DNA of 32,000 nt from Halomicronema hongdechloris C2206 (GTDB taxonomy: Bacteria > Cyanobacteriota > Cyanobacteriia > Phormidesmidales > Phormidesmidaceae), in contig NZ_CP021983.2 of NCBI RefSeq assembly GCF_002075285.3, positions 5,545,846 to 5,577,845 of the forward strand. The letters are read 5' to 3'. The notes beneath the pieces are model-generated. The model was not told where the DNA came from. It searched no databases and worked only from the letters and a program-made list of their open reading frames with translations. Shown in pieces: positions 28,595 to 32,000 of this stretch (positions are counted from its first letter, which is position 1; each line of letters opens with the position of its first letter). The translations under genes were made by a program, and so were the position numbers.

Positions 28595-30976
28595 ATGATC
28601 TATCGACTCACCGTTCACAAGATTGACCACAGCTGCCTGTTCGAACTGACTTGGGGCCAAAGCCAGCGGCTGACCGCCAGCCTGCCCTATCCCCCGGCCT
28701 TGACCACCCTCTACGGCGCCTGGCAGCGGGCCTATGTGACCTACTACCAACAAGGACTGCGGGGCCGGCCCGGGGCCGTGGGGCAGGTCTCGGCGATGGC
28801 CAAGCTGGACTGGCACAGCCAGGTGGTGCAGGCAGAAGCCCGCCTCCTCTCGGAGTTCCATCGCTGGCTGCGCCACGAGGCCCTCTTCGATCTGCGGGCC
28901 GAGTTAATGCGGCGGTCGCCGTCCGCAGCCGGTACTGCCGAGACGCGAGAACTATTTCTAGCCTGTTCTCCCCTGGAGCTGGCTCGTCTGCCCTGGGAGA
29001 CCTGGGAAGTGGGGGCCGATCTGGGCCAACCGGGTCAGATTCAAATCGTGCGCTCCCCCGCCACCATCCGTTCGCCCACCGCTGATCAGCAGCCGATACG
29101 CCGGGGCAAACCTCGGGTGCTAGCCATCTTAGGCGATGAGACGGGGCTCGACTTCGCCGGCGATCGCACCGCCCTCAAGGCCCAAAAGCAGCAGCTAGAG
29201 GTGCACTATCTGGGCTGGCAACCCCAAGAAGATGCGACCGCCCTGAAGCAGCGCATCTGCCAGACCCTGGCCGACTCCCGAGGCTGGGATGTGTTGTTAT
29301 TTGCCGGCCACAGCAACGAGGAGCAGCTGCTGGCCGGGCAGATCGCCATTGCCCCCCATACGTTTATCTCGGTCAAGGAACTGGCCCCCTATCTGCAGCA
29401 GGCCCAACGGCGGGGGTTGCGGTTTGCCCTGTTTAATTCCTGCAATGGCCTGGATATCGCCAATGGCTTGATCAGCCTGGGCCTGAGCCAGGTGGCGATC
29501 ATGCGGGAGCCGATCCATAACCAGGTGGCCCACAGCTTTCTGCTGCAGTTTCTGCAGCGGCTAGCCAACCACGAGGACGCCCAGGCGGCTCTGATGGGGG
29601 CCTGTCAGGATCTAAAGCTGGAAAAACAACTCACCTATCCCTCGGCCTATTTGGTCCCTTCCCTGTTTCGCCACCCCGATTCGCGGCCCTACCGGATCCC
29701 GCAGCGGGGCTGGTGGCGGCGCTGGCGACCCCGCCGCCGAGAAATGCTGGGGGTTGCGGCCCTGGCTCTGATCTCCCTGTTGCCGCCGGTGCAAGACTGG
29801 TTAATGAATCAACGGGTGCGATCGCAAGCCATCTATCGCCAGCTCACCGGTCAGATCGCGCCCCAGTCCAGTCCTCCCATCATGCTGGTGCAGATCGACG
29901 ACCGCACCCTGCAGGAATGGCGCATCGCCGAACCCCTGCCCATCGACCGCACCCTGCTGGCAGCGATCGTCACCCAGCTCAACCAACTGCAGGCACCGGT
30001 GGTGGGGATTGACTACCTGCTGGATCGGCCCCTGGCCGCAGATGCCCAGTTGCGACGCGCCCTCACCCAGGGAATTATCCAGGGAGACCGCTGGTTTGTG
30101 TTTGGGGCCAAGCGCAACCATCGGGGGGAGTGGCTGACGGTGCATGCCGATGTGGCCTCGCTGAACTGGAGCCTGGAGGGCGACATCTGGGTGCCCTGGT
30201 GGCACATTCGCCCCCGGGGCTGGTCGGATCGGCCCCGGCCCTTTAGCTACCAACTGGCCATGGCCTACCACCTCAGCCAAACCCCAGCCGGCCCCGTACC
30301 CGACCTGGCCAGCCGGCAATCCCTCCAGACCTTGATTCAGGACCACTGGCAGGCCACCCAGCAGCGGCCCCCCTTATCACCGCGATCCCGTTTACACCCC
30401 ATCACCAATGGCTCTTACTGGCTCTATCAACGCTGGTTGCAGCCCCTGTTAGATTTCTCCATGCCGCCCCGGCAGGTGTATACCGCCGTGCCCGCCTGGC
30501 AACTGCTGCAGGCCCCCGAGCAGGTAATGGCTACCCTGGGACTCGACTCCTTGGCCGATCGGGTGGTGATCGTGGCCGCCGGGGGCTACGACGAGGCCGG
30601 CTCTGCCGCCGGTGGTGGGGACAACTGGCCGCCGCCGCCGGCGATGGCTTACTGGCGGGATTCTGCGACCACCGGCCTCACGGGGGGCGAGGCCCATGCC
30701 TACATGGCCCATCACTTCTTGACCGGCCACCTGGTGGTGCCCCTACCCGATCTCTGGTTGGTGTTGGTGGCCGCCTTGGTGGGCAAGGCCCTGACGATGG
30801 CCGCTGCCCGCTGGCCCGACCCCCTGCGCTGGCGGTTGATCTTAGGCCTGGCCACGGCCGGCTATGGTCTGCTGACCCTGCAGCTCTACATCGGCGGCGC
30901 CCTACTGCCTACCGTGGCTGCTGCCCGCGGCAACGGTGTGGTTCTATCTCTGGCCCTATTGGAGGATTCACCATGA
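28595..30976 (+). CDS. CHAT (caspase-fold protease) - TM - CHASE2 sensor fusion protein
   Basis: 793 aa. The CHAT dyad contexts are WDVLLFAGHSNE (His239, nt 29309-29311) and LRFALFNSCNGLDIA (Cys283, nt 29441-29443). A TM span lies at aa ~384-399. The CHASE2-like region includes IMLVQIDDRTLQEW, PIDRTLLAAIVTQLNQLQAPVVGIDYLLDRP, VVIVAAGGYDEAG and TGGEAHAYMAHHFLTG. Hydrophobic spans follow at aa ~719-790. There is no C-terminal output domain. Confidence 0.8.
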   Translation: MIYRLTVHKIDHSCLFELTWGQSQRLTASLPYPPALTTLYGAWQRAYVTYYQQGLRGRPGAVGQVSAMAKLDWHSQVVQAEARLLSEFHRWLRHEALFDLRAELMRRSPSAAGTAETRELFLACSPLELARLPWETWEVGADLGQPGQIQIVRSPATIRSPTADQQPIRRGKPRVLAILGDETGLDFAGDRTALKAQKQQLEVHYLGWQPQEDATALKQRICQTLADSRGWDVLLFAGHSNEEQLLAGQIAIAPHTFISVKELAPYLQQAQRRGLRFALFNSCNGLDIANGLISLGLSQVAIMREPIHNQVAHSFLLQFLQRLANHEDAQAALMGACQDLKLEKQLTYPSAYLVPSLFRHPDSRPYRIPQRGWWRRWRPRRREMLGVAALALISLLPPVQDWLMNQRVRSQAIYRQLTGQIAPQSSPPIMLVQIDDRTLQEWRIAEPLPIDRTLLAAIVTQLNQLQAPVVGIDYLLDRPLAADAQLRRALTQGIIQGDRWFVFGAKRNHRGEWLTVHADVASLNWSLEGDIWVPWWHIRPRGWSDRPRPFSYQLAMAYHLSQTPAGPVPDLASRQSLQTLIQDHWQATQQRPPLSPRSRLHPITNGSYWLYQRWLQPLLDFSMPPRQVYTAVPAWQLLQAPEQVMATLGLDSLADRVVIVAAGGYDEAGSAAGGGDNWPPPPAMAYWRDSATTGLTGGEAHAYMAHHFLTGHLVVPLPDLWLVLVAALVGKALTMAAARWPDPLRWRLILGLATAGYGLLTLQLYIGGALLPTVAAARGNGVVLSLALLEDSP

Positions 30977-31869
30977 CAAGGCTTAATCGATATCTGCTGA
31001 CCCTGGCGGCCCTGCTGGGGATGACCATCGGCAGTGGCGGCCTGGCCCTGGCTGGCCAAGCTCAAGAGCTGGTCTCACCCACGGGCTGGCGAGAGATCTT
31101 CCGCTTCCTGCGGGAGGAGGCCGAGGACCGCCGGAATGGCCGCAATGGTGGCCCCAGGCCGGTGGGACTCTGCCTCCTCACCCCTGGCGCTGAGGAAGTG
31201 GTCTGGCATCGCACACCGCGCTTGCTCTGGCAGGGAGACTACACGGTAGGGGTGCGACGGACCGGCCAGGATCAGGTGCAGTGGCCAGAGAGCACTACCT
31301 CCCTGCCGGCAGGAATACACGCCGCCGACTATGGGGTCACCCCATTACCCTCAGGCCAATATGACTGGGTCCTCTACATCAACGCACAGGATACGGCAAA
31401 CCCCACCCTGTGGTACCCCTTTACGGTGATGGCCACCGGGGAACAACGCGATCGCATCACCACTCACTTGGCCGTCTTGCAAGCCCGGTTGACCCACGAG
31501 GGGGCCAGTGTGGAGGCCATTGCCCAGGCCCGGGCCGACTACTTCCTGGACCATGACCTACCCGCCGATGCCCTGCAGGAGGTGTTCGCCGTCAGCAACC
31601 CCTCCGAGGAGCTGCTGGCGATGCAAGAGACCCTGGTACAGGAATATGCGGTAACGGATAATAAGGCAGGTCCAGCGGCGTCAGCCCCATGGGGAGCATG
31701 TAGGATGGGCATTGCCAAAACTAAGCCGGGCATCTTGGCCAAAGCCTTTGAGGCAATGCCCATCAGCAACTCTGGTAATAGATTGGGAGGTTTTATGATG
31801 AAACCGACTTCATCTCCAGGTCTTCGAGTTCTGCACTCAAGGGGCAGACGTGGTATGGCTCCAGGCTGA
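30973..31869 (+). CDS. Secreted DUF928 family protein (3' boundary uncertain)
   Basis: 298-aa ORF whose ATG overlaps the upstream stop (ATGA), with GGAGGA 7 nt upstream. A signal peptide is present (MTRLNRYLLTLAALLGMTIGSGGLALA/GQ). The DUF928-like layout includes GLCLLTPG, TPRLLWQG, LPSGQYDW, a helical tail and ADYFLDHDLPADAL. The last ~80 codons look non-domain and overlap minus-strand toxin-antitoxin remnants. Confidence 0.55.
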   Translation: MTRLNRYLLTLAALLGMTIGSGGLALAGQAQELVSPTGWREIFRFLREEAEDRRNGRNGGPRPVGLCLLTPGAEEVVWHRTPRLLWQGDYTVGVRRTGQDQVQWPESTTSLPAGIHAADYGVTPLPSGQYDWVLYINAQDTANPTLWYPFTVMATGEQRDRITTHLAVLQARLTHEGASVEAIAQARADYFLDHDLPADALQEVFAVSNPSEELLAMQETLVQEYAVTDNKAGPAASAPWGACRMGIAKTKPGILAKAFEAMPISNSGNRLGGFMMKPTSSPGLRVLHSRGRRGMAPG

Positions 31870-32000
31870 GCAAAAATTCAACCCGCGACATCCCAGCTAA
31901 CTCTGCGGCCCGCCCAGAAGACAACCGCCCCCAGTTCGTACAGTTTGACCGCTGCCAGCACGGGCAGTTCGCGGGCGAATCCTGCAGCGTCGGTCTTTTC
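31793..32000 (-). pseudogene. UPF0175-family antitoxin, frame-disrupted, 5' end beyond the window
   Basis: One minus-strand frame gives ...ELPVLAAVKLYELGAV. It continues one base out of frame as SSGRAAELAGMSRVEFLLSLEPYHVCPLSAELEDLEMKSVSS, ending at TAA (31793-31795). Joined, these match the UPF0175 consensus (KLYE.G.LS.G.AAELAGMSR.EF), with the break near GGGGGCGGTTG at about 31922-31932. Confidence 0.45.

Noticed and set aside
27890-30346. Long overlapping or antisense ORFs inside the GC-rich operon (27890..28330, 28116..28427, 28346..28573, 28651..29085, 29713..30012, 29801..30346).
   Set aside because: Their translations are Arg/Pro/Gly/Ala-rich nonsense typical of off-frame reading of GC-rich coding DNA. 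Each is fully embedded in an ORF with recognisable domain motifs.

Overview
This is a cyanobacterial chromosomal segment. The evidence is about 19 HIP1 octamers (GCGATCGC, counted by eye) plus psb27, a carboxysomal-type beta-carbonic anhydrase and an Rbp-type RRM protein. Positions 1-9.9 kb are housekeeping: the 3' part of an ldpA-like gene, a ycf45-type R3H ATPase and psb27, followed by the distal ribosomal/RNAP cluster rpmJ-rpsM-rpsK-rpoA-rplQ-truA-rplM-rpsI-rpmE-prfA. Positions 10-21 kb are mixed: an SbcD/Mre11-like nuclease, a TauE/SafE permease, a TPR plus M48-like membrane protein with a degenerate zinc motif, a type II Rbp, ccaA/icfA, class II FBP aldolase, tRNA-Lys(UUU), a small membrane protein and hemB. 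Two near-identical copies of a 116-nt MITE-like element lie in inverted orientation at 8.0 and 16.1 kb. Positions 21-32 kb look accessory. They hold a 976-aa S8 peptidase with a duplicated C-terminal module, a repeat-rich non-coding patch, two small minus-strand genes and a visibly GC-richer operon. That operon has four translationally coupled genes: a sigma-70-like protein, DUF1822, a CHAT-CHASE2 fusion and DUF928. It ends against a decayed UPF0175 antitoxin remnant. The operon is my best candidate for an uncharacterised system, namely a transmembrane signalling module with a caspase-fold (CHAT) protease as its output. All family calls come from motif recognition in the translations. No searches were run.
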